From assembly GCA_031835245.2 (NCBI GenBank), contig JAVKOQ020000002.1:124001-188000 (forward strand): 64,000 bases of DNA, in the 5' to 3' direction. Positions 52,191 to 64,000 of this stretch are shown piece by piece; within the stretch, counting starts at the first letter, position 1, and each line of letters opens with the position of its first letter. The notes under the pieces were generated by a model. It had not been told where the DNA came from. It ran no database searches and was given only the letters and a program-made list of their open reading frames with translations. The stretch comes from Balamuthia mandrillaris (lineage: Eukaryota). The position numbers were made by a program, and so were the translations under genes.

Positions 52191-52256
52191 GCGGAGCAAT
52201 GAAGCATTGCGCATCAACCCCTCCCATGATGGGCTGCGTACTGCTGACTTTATTCC
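52191..52256 (+). promoter_or_regulatory. Eukaryotic SECIS element (type II) in the 3' UTR
   Basis: ATGAA (52199-52203) / TGAC (52245-52248) core. Helix II GCATTGCGCA (52204-52213) pairs with TGCGTACTGC (52235-52244) at 9 of 10 positions. Apical AA at 52216-52217, CCC/GGG mini-stem, lower stem GGAG/TTCC. AATAAA at 52289-52294. Confidence 0.82.
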
Positions 52257-52855
52257 TTTTGTAATCGCTCCCTCCTTTTGGACATTAAAATAAAACCAAG
52301 CTCTCTCACGAGCCCCTTCGGTTCATCTCCAAGTTTGGCTTGAAAGATGGTGAAAAGGTGGCACAAGTGGAGCCCTTGCCCAAAAACAGGCACTTGTCTC
52401 ATGAAGCGGGAGCCCAGCATAAGTATAAGAGCATTCAGTGTTGCAGCCCATTCTTGTCAAGGAGGAGCCGCAAACCAATCCTGCATCGCATCTGTAATTG
52501 TCGTCCTTCCTCTTCTTCTGAAGCGCCGCAAGGTGGCCATAAGTTTCATACAGGACAACGGGGAAATAAGCCGCTCTTACTCCTAACCTGCCCTGCCGGG
52601 CGTACATTCCTCCTCCTCCACCCCTTCTCGGCCATTTGACTGAAAAGAAATGGCGAGGGAAAAAAGGGCAGCAAAAAAGTCCTCCGCTTCCCCGCTACTT
52701 TCAGCGGGGGGAAATTAGTGTCGACAAGGACCACTGTCAAACCCTACCATTGCGCGTTAGTCATTTATGTAGGTGCGCATATTTTCCGAGAAAACGCAAA
52801 AAAAAAAGCCGGTTCCTCTTTGGAAGAAGAAGCGCCAAGAGGAAGGACTGGCCAG

Positions 52856-53286
52856 ATGGGAGTTTCCCACTTGTGGGAGCTTCTTGCCCCATCCGGCAAG
52901 TATTGCAGCCTCACTACGCTCAAGAACAAGCGACTGGCTATAGGTACGCTGGTTTCTGTCCCCCCCCCCCTTTTTTTTGGCGCTCAGTAGTTTTTTTTCG
53001 TTTGGATTGTTGGAATCAGATGCGTCGGTATGGATTTCTCAGTTGGTTGCTGGCATGGTTGATGATAGAGGCAACCCCATTCCAAATGCACACCTCAAAG
53101 GTCTATTTACTCGTGTATGGTTCGTTTGACATCATAACCTGTTGTGCAACCAGTTCTTTGCTAACCCTTTGTATTTTTATCACCTGTCTCCACCAGCAAG
53201 TTGCTTTTTTTTGGGATAAAGCCAGTCTTCGTGTTTGATGGCGGCGTACCTGCCCTAAAGCAACGCACAATCGTACCTTCTCCTTT

Positions 53287-53337
<51 letters not shown>

Positions 53338-55935
53338 TCTCATTCATTATTGGCATGAAGGCTGCACGACGGCGGCGTAGAGAGGACGCAGAGAGAAACT
53401 ACCGCAAAACCGCGGAGAAGCTTTTGATGCAGCGGTTAGGATTGGAATTTGTGGAAAAGCAAACAGAGAGAAAACGGCGAGGCAAGCGGAAACGACTGGA
53501 AGAATTGGAGGAAGAGGAAATGTTAGCATTTTCTCAGTTGGAACAGAGTCAAAATGAAGCAGAGAAAGAGAAAGGTACGGAAGAGGAGACAAAAGAAGAG
53601 ATAGAACGGAGAAATGACGAGGTAGAGATTTGGGAGTTAGAGGCACAGCCAGAGTTAGAAGAGACTAGACTTCTTTCTGCCTTGGGGATCGATCCAGAAG
53701 TTTATGCTGCCCTTCCTGAGGTCTGCTATGATTCCTTTTGAATCGTTGCACGTTGCTTATTCGTTCTGGCCTTCGTACCAGGAATTGCAAGAGGAAGTGC
53801 GTCAAAGTGTACATAGCAGACAGGTAGTGTTGGAAATGAGAGAAGAGCAATCCATCTTAACAGGAGAATGGGACGACCCAATCTTGCAACGTCATCGGTT
53901 AAATGCCCAGCTCTTGCAATCCCAGATGAGCATTAAACACAACAACCCTAAAGCAGCCCAAGACTTTTCTCAACAACAGTTGCAAAACCTCGTCAAGAAC
54001 GGTGAGATGTGGCGAAAGATAAAGCAGACCAAAGAGGAAATTAAACACTCGCTTTCTTCTTCCAACTTGTCCAACTCAGAAAATCGAATTGCCTCCGACT
54101 CGACCAGAGAATACATGTTGATATCTGTGGACGAAGAGGCGGAGAAGGAAAAGGAGTTAGACACAGAGGATCACTCGACATCACCTTCCAAAAAGAGACG
54201 AGTAGACAAAGGTAAAGAGAAGATGGATAATTACAGCAGTGCAGAAACGTTTTCCTTTTCACGGTTTTTCGATGAGGAAGGGCAGGGTGAGAGTATAAGT
54301 GGAGGAGGCGTTTTGACAGCAGAAGGGGAGGAGGCAGAACAAGAGGTCCAAGGTGGCGGATTCCTCATCGAGTCATCTGATAACGAGGATGAAGTGGAGG
54401 TTCAGTCTAAGCTTTTGGGAAAAGAGGAGAACCATAGCGAGAGGCGGGACAAAGGCAAGGAGAAAGAGGTAGAACCGGAGAAGGAGAAAGAACAGGAGAA
54501 GGAGGCTATTGTTTTTTATCGTAAACAAACATCATCGGTGAGTGAAGAAGCTTTTCAGTTCCTTGAAGAACCGGTAACTTTTTTCTTCTTACCTTTTCGC
54601 TTTCTCTCTCTCTCTCTCTCCTTTGCTAATCAGCACTGTTTCCAAGGTATTGCCACCAGGACCAAATGTGTCCCCGATAAAGGCAAGAACCTCCATCCTT
54701 GAGCAGCCTCAAAAGGGTAACGAAATTTATGGGGTGGAAGAGCAAGAAGAAAGTGGCATCGATATCACTTTTGATCCCACCAAAGTTACCTCAACCGACA
54801 TTTTCGATTTTTCTCTCTTCGAACAGCCAAACACTAACGGTGAAGAGGAAAAAGGGATACAAAAGGAGAAGAGAAAAGAACAAGATTTCTTATTTGAAGA
54901 TGAGTTATTGGCCATTCAATTACAAGAAGAAGAAGAAGAAGAAGACGAAGAAGACGACGACGAACCGAAAGACCGCCATAGCAGCGATACCCAACTAAAC
55001 AATGCTACGGAACCTGCCCCTTCAAACGCACCCCCGGAAATCGCCACCTCCATCGATACCTCTGTCGATGAAGTACATCGACAGTTAGAAATGGAAGCCA
55101 TTCTTCTCTCTCAAAAAGCCAAGCAACAAGGCAAAGCCATCCAATCCGTCACCAACGAGATGTTGTCCGACTGCCAAGAACTGCTGCAACTATTTGGCAT
55201 TCCTTATGTCATCAGCCCCATGGAAGCCGAAGCTCAGTGCGGCTACCTCAACGCCAACGGGTTGGTTCATGGTGTTGTGACAGAAGACAGCGATATATTC
55301 CTTGTTGGTGGACTCACCGTCTACAAAAAGTTCTTCTCCAGAGAGCACCTGGAGGCCTACTCCTTGGGCGACATCAAGAGAAAGCTGGGTTTGGATCGAC
55401 AAAAGCTCATCGAGCTGGCATTATTGTTGGGAAGCGATTACACAGAAGGAGTCAAAGGAATCGGTCCTGTTCACGCCATGGAAGTCATAAGTACTTTTGA
55501 AAGTTTGGATGCTTTCAAGAAGTGGTGGGAGAGTCCGAACACGGATGATTTCCCTGTTGACGAAAAAGAGGAGGATAGGGAGAATGAGGATAAAAAGGAG
55601 AATGCAAATGGTAGAGTTGGTTTTGATGAACGAGACTACAAACGAGTTAGCATCAAATTGGTTGGTGTATTATTGTTTCCTTACATTCCGCATTTCTCTT
55701 TTGAACGTTCTCACTTTTCTTCACTAATAGCGACAATTGAAGAAGCGAATCAAATTGCGGAAAGATTTTCCCAGTCAAGCAGTTGTAGAAGCTTATCTCC
55801 ATCCGCAAGTGGACGAATCTCTTGAATCGTTTGAGTGGGGCAAACCTGACTTAGATGGCCTTAGAAAATATCCTTTGTTGCTTACGACCTTCCATTTGTC
55901 GTTTCCTTCTCTCTCCATCTCTCTCTCTCTCTCTG

Positions 55936-55992
<57 letters not shown>

Positions 55993-56381
55993 GCTTTCCT
56001 TTCTTTCTCAACATTATTCTTTGCTTTACCTTGACCAATCATCTATTCACATTTGCAGCACACAAAATGGGCTGGAGTGAAGAAAGAGCAGATGAGTTGG
56101 TTATTCCTTTGTTGAAAAAGAGCGTTGAGGAGGCAGAGCAAGAGGCCGAAAAGGAAAGCACAACTACACAGAAAACATTGGATGACTGGTTCCTCCAAAT
56201 CCCCAAAAAGTTGGAATCTGTTCGTGTGCACAACGCCATTCAACATTTGGTTTCCAAAAACAGCAACAAAAATACGGCTGGAACTAAGGCAAAACGAGGA
56301 AGAAAAAGCACAGCCACCACAACTACAGCCAGGAAAAAGGGAAGCGCCACGAAGAAAACACCGAAAGGAACCAAGAAATAG
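52856..56381 (+). CDS. ERCC5: XPG/Rad2 nucleotide-excision-repair endonuclease
   Basis: [27 protein letters not shown], long acidic spacer, [39 protein letters not shown] and [11 protein letters not shown]-like QKTLDDWF and basic NLS tail. Confidence 0.93.
55868..56050 (+). other. U12-type (minor spliceosome) AT-AC intron in XPG
   Basis: 5' ATATCCTT, branch-like TACCTTGAC at 56027-56035, 3' CAC. Removal restores [13 protein letters not shown] in frame. Confidence 0.85.
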
Positions 56382-56390
56382 AAAAATTCT

Positions 56391-56412
56391 AAGAAAAACG
56401 AGGGGTCATCAA
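56391..56412. repeat. Left copy of 22-bp direct repeat AAGAAAAACGAGGGGTCATCAA
   Basis: Identical to 58837-58858. Confidence 0.9.
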
Positions 56413-56517
56413 TAAAAAATAGGGCACTTTCCGTGTTGCAGCGCAAGAAAGGAGAAGGAAGCTGTCTGCTCAGGCCTTCACACTGGGTCACTTGCAACAC
56501 AACGACAATCGAAGAGA

Positions 56518-57986
56518 TGATGGACTCCTATACTAGTACGGCTCATGCTTTCCACCAAAAGGCTGAATGGCCCGAGAAAGAAATAGTTGAAGTGAATAGG
56601 TTGGACATCTCCCCCCAACCAAACTCCTGTGTCAAAATCCATCTACAGCCAGACGAAACTACATTAGCAGCTCTGCAACACAACGGTGGGGACATGAACA
56701 AGAAGGAGCGACTGCTGGAGGAGTTTTATGATACAACGTACTTTGACCTCCTAGGCGAAGGCTGCTGGCTTTGCCACTGCATCAACCTGGACACCAACGA
56801 GGAGGCATGGTGCTTGCAAACACTCTCGCGAAAGATAGATGAGTTTACCCTTGCCTATGAACAAGAGGTTGTTGACCTCGAGCAGATTGTTTCGAAACTA
56901 CGTTCCATGTTTTCAGCCTTCCAACTCCCACAACCCACGGAAGACGCGTGGAACCCTGCCTGTTGGTGTTCCAACCGCTTCGCGACTTTCCTGACCTATC
57001 GCTATCACCCATTCTCCTCCGTGTGCTTGGACTACTGTTGGTTCGACATCCAAGGGACAAGCAAGTACTCTGTGGTAACTTGGAGCAACATCCAGGACAC
57101 AGGAATCCGCGAGCTTCTGCAAGGATCCTCATCGACTTGCACCAAGATCGTTGAATACCTCCGCCGCAACGCCTATCCCCTGTACGAGATGATATGTGAG
57201 AAACAGTATGTGTTCAAGGCCAGTGACGAAGCATCCTGCTTAGCTCCACTTGACAGACCACGAGTGGAAGACCTGAAGCAGATCAACCCCTTGTTGTTTG
57301 ACTATGAGGAAAAGAAGCAACTCTACGATGACCGAGCGGCAAAAGCGAAGCAAAGGTACCTCCCTGAATTGCTGAACGATCCTGCAAAGCATGGCAAGTG
57401 GGTCGCTGTCTTTGACAAGGAATGCGAGCCAATGGTGTTTGCTGATACTCATGAGCAAGCTGCTGAAAAAGCAATTGACGAGAAAAAAAAAATCGGAGCG
57501 AACGAGTTCTACCTATTTCGCATTGTTCCTGCAGGACTGCAGGATCTCGACTCGTTCTTGGATGATCAGATTCTCCTACAATGCAGCCTGCAGACCGATA
57601 CTGTGGATAACGCAAGTCAAAGAATCGTGATACCTGTTCTACTTGAACACCCCACCTACGGTCGCAAGAGTTTCCCTTCTGTTATTGTTGATACAGGCAC
57701 ACCCTGCGACCTTGTTATGACACCCTTTTCATATCTCGGGTGGCGCTTCCCCAGTGGATATCCCTCAACTGTTGACCCTGATTCCGTTACGCAATTAATA
57801 CAGGCCAAGTTAGTTGGTTTTGGCTTGGGCAATCCCTCTCGCTCATCTACTTTTCTTCGTGCTCCTGCTAATACAGTACTGAACATCGAAGTAACTGGCA
57901 TCAAAAGGCGCGATCTCTTGGGGCTCCCATTTCTATTGCGTGGCCCTTTCACCTTCTCGACATCTTTTACACGCGATTTGGCCTGA
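56518..57986 (+). CDS. Intronless ORF: unknown N-terminus, DUF5678-like module and C-terminal retropepsin-like (clan AA) aspartyl protease domain
   Basis: HGKWVAVFD...ADTHEQA segment; VIVDTG catalytic motif and LLGLPFL C-terminal motif; no introns, unlike neighbours. Confidence 0.6.
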
Positions 57987-57989
57987 TAA

Positions 57990-58750
57990 AGCCAAGGTCA
58001 AACAAGCTACCGTCCAACAAATCGTGCCCAAAGAGCTTAGGAACGAGATACTTCGTCAGTTCCACGATGTTCCTACGGGTGGGCATTTCGGCCTTACGAA
58101 GATGTACTCCCGCCTCATCACGCAGTACTGGTGGCCTGGAATTCACAAAGATGTGGAACGTTGGGTCAAGGGCTGTGTGGAATGCCAGGAGGCGAAGGCT
58201 CCGCGGAAGAAAGCTGACGGGCCGTTGGGTCACATCATTGCAACGAGCCAGGCGAGTTGGTCTGCATGGATCTGATCGGTGAGTTGCCCTTGACGGCCGA
58301 AGGGTACCGATACGCCTTGGTCACCATCGACGCCTTCACGCGTTGGCCGGACATTCGTCCATTGAAGCCGAAACAGGCAAAAGAAGTGGCAAAGGCCTTA
58401 CTTGAAATCTTCGCGAGCACTGACCTCCCGAAGGAGCTTCTGTCTGATCAAGGAAGAGAGTTCGTTAACAAACTCAACAATGAGCTTTCGACTCTTCTTG
58501 ACATCAAGCATAAATACGCCACAGCAGAGCATCCCCAAGGAAACGGCATGGTTGAACGATACAACCGCACCCTTAAGGAGCAGCTCCGAAAATTCGTGGA
58601 TGGCGGGCAACAAGTCTGGAGTGCGTACCTTCCAATGCTACTTTATTCCTATCGCCACGCGCCGCTGCCAGGACGACGATTTACCCCTTACGAACTTATG
58701 TTTGGGAGGAAGTCTCGGTCTCAACTCTTCCTCCGTCTCCAGCAAGGTGT
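57990..58750 (+). mobile_element. Ty3/Gypsy-type integrase fragment (H2C2 zinc finger plus DDE core) with a frameshift
   Basis: FHD..TGGHFG...YWWPG...CVECQ, then in another frame VCMDLIG, IDAFTRW, SDQGREF, HPQGNGMVERYN and TPYELMFGR. Frameshift near 58250. Confidence 0.9.
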
Positions 58751-58836
58751 AACTCTTCCTCCGGCTTGCCATGCCGTTTCTCCGTCTTCTCTTTTTGAGC
58801 GTTGCCGTTTCTCCGTCTTCTCTTTTTACAAAATCC

Positions 58837-58858
58837 AAGAAAAACGAGGGGTCATCAA
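58837..58858. repeat. Right copy of the 22-bp direct repeat
   Basis: Identical to 56391-56412. Confidence 0.9.
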
Positions 58859-59297
58859 CAAATAGTGGCGTTGATCGAGGGTTCTTCTCGAATTTTTTTT
58901 TTGTCCGTTGGAACTTTCCGTGCAGGCCCCACCCCAAATTAGCAGGCGGCGGCGGCGGCGGAAAGGAGAAGAAAGAGACTTAGACCTCCTTCACACAAAA
59001 AGGTGTGGTGCGTGCGGGGGTGCAAGGGAGAGAAGGAAAAAAAATAAAATAGAAATACCCCCCCAAAAAGGACGTCGACGTAAGTAGTTTTGTTGTTTAT
59101 TTTTTTTCAAACTTTTTTATGTGTTGGTGAGCATTTAAAGAACCTGCTTAGCAGCGCTAAGCAAAAAACAAAGAAGTGGGGGAAAGAAGAAGAAGAGGGG
59201 GTGTTGTGTGTTTTTTTTTCTGTTTGCATGTTTGTTGACTTGTTTTTTTTTTTTTTTTGACCATTTTGCTTGTTCAAAATGACCGCAAAAGTGAAAG

Positions 59298-62200
59298 ATG
59301 GCGCACATGACGACTGTGAACGGGGGCGCAAGCTTCCACGGCACGCAACCAACAGCCTTCATAGATGGACCAGCCAGCCGACGCTCCGTCATCAACCCAA
59401 ACCAAATAACAAGCCTCAACGAAGGCGAATTACTCAAACTTCGCAAGGTTCGCTTCTTTGCTTTCTTTTCTACACTTCTTTATGTCCTCTCCTCCCTCCT
59501 GCGTTTCCTCTCTATCCTTTGTACAGCCCTCATTTTTGAGCTTCACAGACGCTAGAAAAGATGTATGCTGCTGGCTATGATCCTTCGCATCCGCGCTACC
59601 AGGCTCTGCTTACTATCTACAAGCGGTGCGCCGCCAATGCGGCCGCACAAAGAGGATCTCATGGGCCTGCCAATGGCGCTCCCCGCTCTGTTGTTACCGC
59701 TGACAAGCCAACTAATGGCGTTCCAACTTCGGCTGGCCCTTCTGCTCCGCTTAGTACGGGTCCTTTTACGCGTGAGCAGTTGGCTCAGCTGAAAGCACAG
59801 ATATTAGCTTACAAGTACCTTTCTAGAAATTTACCTTTGCCACAAGAACTCATTCAAGGCATCAAAGGCACTAAGGCATGTTTTTGTTGTTTATTGTTTG
59901 TGACGTCCAGCGTAGACTGACATTGCATCCTCACTTCAGAGTCAAGTCTTTTCTGAACCACCTGCTCCTGTGCAGCCTAGTGGTGCTGCTGAGACTCCTG
60001 CCATAACCCATGAAGAGCCTGTTCGATTGCAACGCATGCAACATGCTGCGTCTCCTTCTTTACGCACAGCAGGTAAGTCTTATTTTCATTCGACCCATTT
60101 GTCTTCTGAGTCATTGACGTGAATTCATTTCAACTGTAGACATCAGAAATACAACCCCGCAAGAAAAGGTTAGAGCTCCTAGGGCAGCCCCTACACCAAA
60201 AGTCCCCCCAAAGGTTTTTTTAAACTTTCTTTTCTGCATATCTTCTGCCCTCATCACTTAACTCGCTTTTAGCCTGCACAACCACAAGCTTTGCAACCAG
60301 CAAAACTTTCGCCTATGTATTTGGCTCAGGAACGTGAACGGAGGGTCACAGCTCGCATTTGTCGACGGCTCGAAGAGCTGCAAAGTAACTCTCCTGCTTG
60401 TTTCCCGTACCAAATTGAATGTCTAACTTTGTCGCTTGTTTCTTTACAGCGCTTCCAGAAGATCTGCCTCAAGACCTCAAGACCCAAGCCCTCATTGAGG
60501 AAAAACAGTTAAGAGTACGTACGCCGTTCCATGTTCTGACACCATTGCTCATAATTTGTATCATACAAAATTTAGCTTTTGAGTTTGCAACGCAAGCTGA
60601 GACGTGAAATCGCAATACAAATACGGAATGAAACAGCTCTGCAAGCAGCCCATGATACAACTGCTTATCGACGTGGAAGCCGTAAGGTAGCTATATTCTC
60701 TCCCTCCCCTCTCTCTTTCTTTCTCTCTTTCTCTCTCTCTTTCTTTCTCTCTTTCTTTCTCTCTTTCTTTCTCTCTTTCTCTCTTTCTCTCTTTCTCTCT
60801 TCTCTCTCTTTTCTCTCTTCTCTCTTTCTCTCTTTCTCTCTTTCTCTCTCTCTCTTTCTCTCTTTCTTCTCTTCTTTCTCTCTTCTCTCTTTCTCTTCTC
60901 TTTCTCTCTCTCTCTCTTTCTCTTTCTCTTCTCTTCTTTCTCTTTCTCTTTCTCTTTCTCTTCTTTCTCTTTCTCTTTCTCTTTCTCTTTCTCTTTCTCT
61001 TTCTCTTTCTCTTTCTCTTTCTCTTTCTCTTTCTCTTTCTCTTTCTCTTTCTCGTTATCTGTAGCTGGTTTTGAAGTAAGCTTACTTGTTTCTTCTCATT
61101 GTCTTTCCAGAATTTGAAGCAACAACTTAGCCAATCCGAAATACTGAAAGAAAGGGAAGAACAAAAGCGGCAACAACGCCAGCGAGAGTTTGTGCAAGCA
61201 GTCGTAGCCCACGCCAAGAACTTTAAAGAGTTTCACACGGGTGCTACCCAAAAATGGAGAAAAATAACGCGGTCGATGATGTCTTGGCACACCAATCAAC
61301 AGAAGCGAGAACAACAGCGAAGAGAACGGGCGGAAAAGGAACGGCTCAACGCGTTGCGCGACAACGACGAGGAGGCCTACCTTCGCCTTTTGGAAGAAAC
61401 TAAAAACGAGCGTCTGACCACTCTGCTGCGAGAAACGGACGAATATCTGTCCAAAATAGGAGCTTTGGTGGCGAAACATCAGGAAGACGAAGAGGAGGAC
61501 GAGAAGAGGGATCGAGAAGCAGAAGCCGAATACGATTCCGGAGACGGACCTGGAACCGGAGCTGGATCTAGCGCTGGAGCTGAAGACACAGAACAAAGAG
61601 ACGAGGATGTGACGCAATTGGTTCGCGAAAAGAACGCTTCGGCTGCCATCGCTAGAGAGAAGAAAACCTACTACACGATGGTGCACAAGGTTGAAGAAGA
61701 AGTACGAGAGCAACCCTCCATTCTTGTGGGTGGTACTCTCAAGAAATACCAAATGGTGGGTCTGCAATGGCTGGTATCTCTCTACAACAATCGCCTGAAC
61801 GGTATTCTCGCGGATGAAATGGGTCTAGGTAAGACCATTCAAACTATCGCTCTCATCTGTTACTTGATTGAGATGAAGCAAAACAAAGGGCCTTATTTGG
61901 TCATTGTCCCATTATCGTACGTCTCCCTCCCTTTCCCTCTCCCTCTCTTTCCCTCTCCCTCTCTTTCCCTCTCTTTCCCTCTCTCCCTCCCTCTTCGCCT
62001 TCCTCTCTCTCTCCCTCTCTCCCTCTCTCCCTCTCCCTAATATTTCTTGTGACGCAAACAGAACGCTTTCAAACTGGGCACATGAATTTGAGCATTGGGC
62101 TCCCAGTGTTATCACAGTCCACTACAAGGGCATGCCTCCCGTCCGCAAATCTATCTACCAGAATCACATCGCCAACGGCAAGTTCAACGTCGTGCTGACC

Positions 62201-64000
62201 ACGTACGAATACGTAATGAAGGACAAGGCTAACCTCTCCAAAATCAAATGGAATTACATCATCATAGATGAGGGCCACCGCATGAAAAATCACTCCTGCA
62301 AGCTTGCCACCTCTCTTTCCAAGCACTATTCCTCGCGACATCGCCTACTGTTGACGGGAACACCGTTACAGAATAGCCTTCCAGAGCTTTGGGCGCTGTT
62401 GAACTTTTTGCTTCCCTCCATCTTCAACAGCGTCACCAACTTTGAGGAGTGGTTCAACGCTCCGTTCGCCAACACCGGGGATAAGCTGGAGATGACTGAA
62501 GAGGAAAGCCTCTTGATCATCAACCGCCTCCATAAAGTGCTTCGTCCTTTCCTGCTCCGTCGGTTGAAAAAACAGGTGGAAGATCAGTTGCCAGACAAAG
62601 TGGAAAAGATCCTCAAATGTAGGTTGTCCGCCTGGCAGCAACGCATGTATGCTCAAATGCGGGATTATGGCGTCATTAGGATTGATAGCACTACTCTTAG
62701 CAAACCTAAAGGCGCTAAGTACGTTATCTGCCCTCCCTTCCTCCCTCTCCTTCTTACCGTTCTAATATTTGTTGACATTCGTTTGCATCGTTTTGCAGTA
62801 AACAAGGAGTTAGAGGATTAGCAAACACATTGATGCAGCTACGGAAGATTTGCAATCATCCCTATCTCTTCAACGAGATGCAAGACTGGGCCTTAGATGA
62901 CAATCTTATCCGCTCTGCTGGCAAGTTTGACCTTCTCGACCGTGTTTTGCCAAAGTTTAAAGCTACTGGTCACAGAGTTTGTATCCTCTCCTGGTCTTTA
63001 TCTTGGCCTTTACTTGCTTTTTTAACATTCTTATTCCTCATTAGGTGTTAATTTTCAGTCAAATGACTTCGTTGATGAGCGTCATGGAAGACTACTTTCA
63101 GTACCGCGGATATCAGTACCTGCGTTTGGATGGATCCACCAAGGCCGAAGACAGGGCCGAACTTCTTAAGAAGTTCAATGCACCAGATTCTCCATACTTT
63201 ATCTTTATGCTTTCAACAAGGGCTGGAGGCTTGGGTCTCAACTTACAAACAGCCGACACAGTTATTCTGTTTGACAGCGACTGGTATGGACCTCTTACTT
63301 TTTCACTGCTTTCCTATTTTCTTGATAGACATATGGTGAATAACATGTATTGCTTTTGTCAAATAGGAATCCACACATTGATTTGCAGGCGCAAGACAGG
63401 GCTCATCGTATCGGACAAAAGAACGAAGTACGCGTGTTCCGTTTGATCACTGAGAACTCTGTGGAGGAAAACATCCTCTCCCGTGCTCAATGGAAGATGG
63501 GTCTTGATGAAAAGGTCATTGAAGCTGGCATGTTCAACAAACGTTCCAATGCCAGCGAGCGGAAGTCAATGCTGGAATCCATTCTGAAGAAGGACAAACA
63601 GAACAAGCATAAGCCTAGCAACATACCCACTGACCAGGAAGTTAATCGCATGATTGCAAGGAAGGACGGTGAGTTTGAGCTCTATGAGAAAATGGATGTG
63701 GAGAGGCACAAAGCGGAAGAACGCGAGTGGAGGAGGAAGGGCAACAAGGGCAAGTACCCAAGACTCGTAACGGATGAGGAGTTGCCGGCATGGATGAAAG
63801 AAGAGCGTCCAATTGTAGACGAGGTTCAGGAACTCCGGCTTAACTACGGACGCGGCAGAAGGCAGAGGGGAGATGTAAACTACGACGATGGTCTAACTGA
63901 GCTCCAATGGACTAAGGTAACGTTCAATTCTGTGCTTCTTTTCTCGTTTATTGTTATTCACTTGATTATCCGACCTTCGTGAAATAGATAATTGAGGAAG
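59298..64000 (+). CDS. BRM/BRG1/Snf2-type SWI/SNF ATPase (QLQ, HSA, SNF2 helicase, SnAC); truncated by the window end
   Basis: QLQ ([22 protein letters not shown]), [48 protein letters not shown] and [11 protein letters not shown]. Confidence 0.96.
60710..61052. repeat. Polypyrimidine (CT/CTTT/TTTCTC)n tract in an intron of the SNF2 gene
   Basis: Directly visible. Confidence 0.95.

Noticed and set aside
60561..61217. Poly-RK/RE and SL ORFs
   Set aside because: Translations of an intronic polypyrimidine tract.
1..64000. CRISPR arrays, rRNA or tRNA genes
   Set aside because: No repeat-spacer pattern or recognisable structural RNA gene seen; small ncRNAs could be missed by eye.

Overview
Gene-dense eukaryotic genomic DNA with many short spliceosomal introns, often containing microsatellites. 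The style suggests a free-living amoebozoan protist (inference only). The left third holds all four enzymes of the shared isoleucine/valine pathway within about 20 kb: KARI/ILV5, AHAS/ILV2, threonine deaminase/ILV1 and DHAD/ILV3. They are interleaved with a DYW-type PPR gene, a Vps62-like/RhoGEF gene and a palmitoyl-protein thioesterase. A CpG-poor region of decayed non-LTR retrotransposon and integrase pieces occupies about 23-32 kb. The right half holds housekeeping genes: CUE/SKICH-like protein, acyltransferase, HAUS1, mitochondrial carrier, UBE2O-like, PEX26/APEM9-like, METTL21-like, THOC6, XPG and a BRM/SNF2 ATPase. The strongest hidden signal is a small PUB-domain gene whose last exon reads ...K-G-G-R-TGA-G-TAA, followed by a well-formed SECIS hairpin, i.e. 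a probable selenoprotein of unusual architecture. Also notable are a U12-type AT-AC intron in XPG, a 1.26 kb (TTC)n intron in ILV1, and a 2.4 kb aspartyl-protease plus integrase cassette bounded by a 22-bp direct repeat. Gene models were built by eye from GT-AG boundaries and family motifs, so boundaries are approximate.
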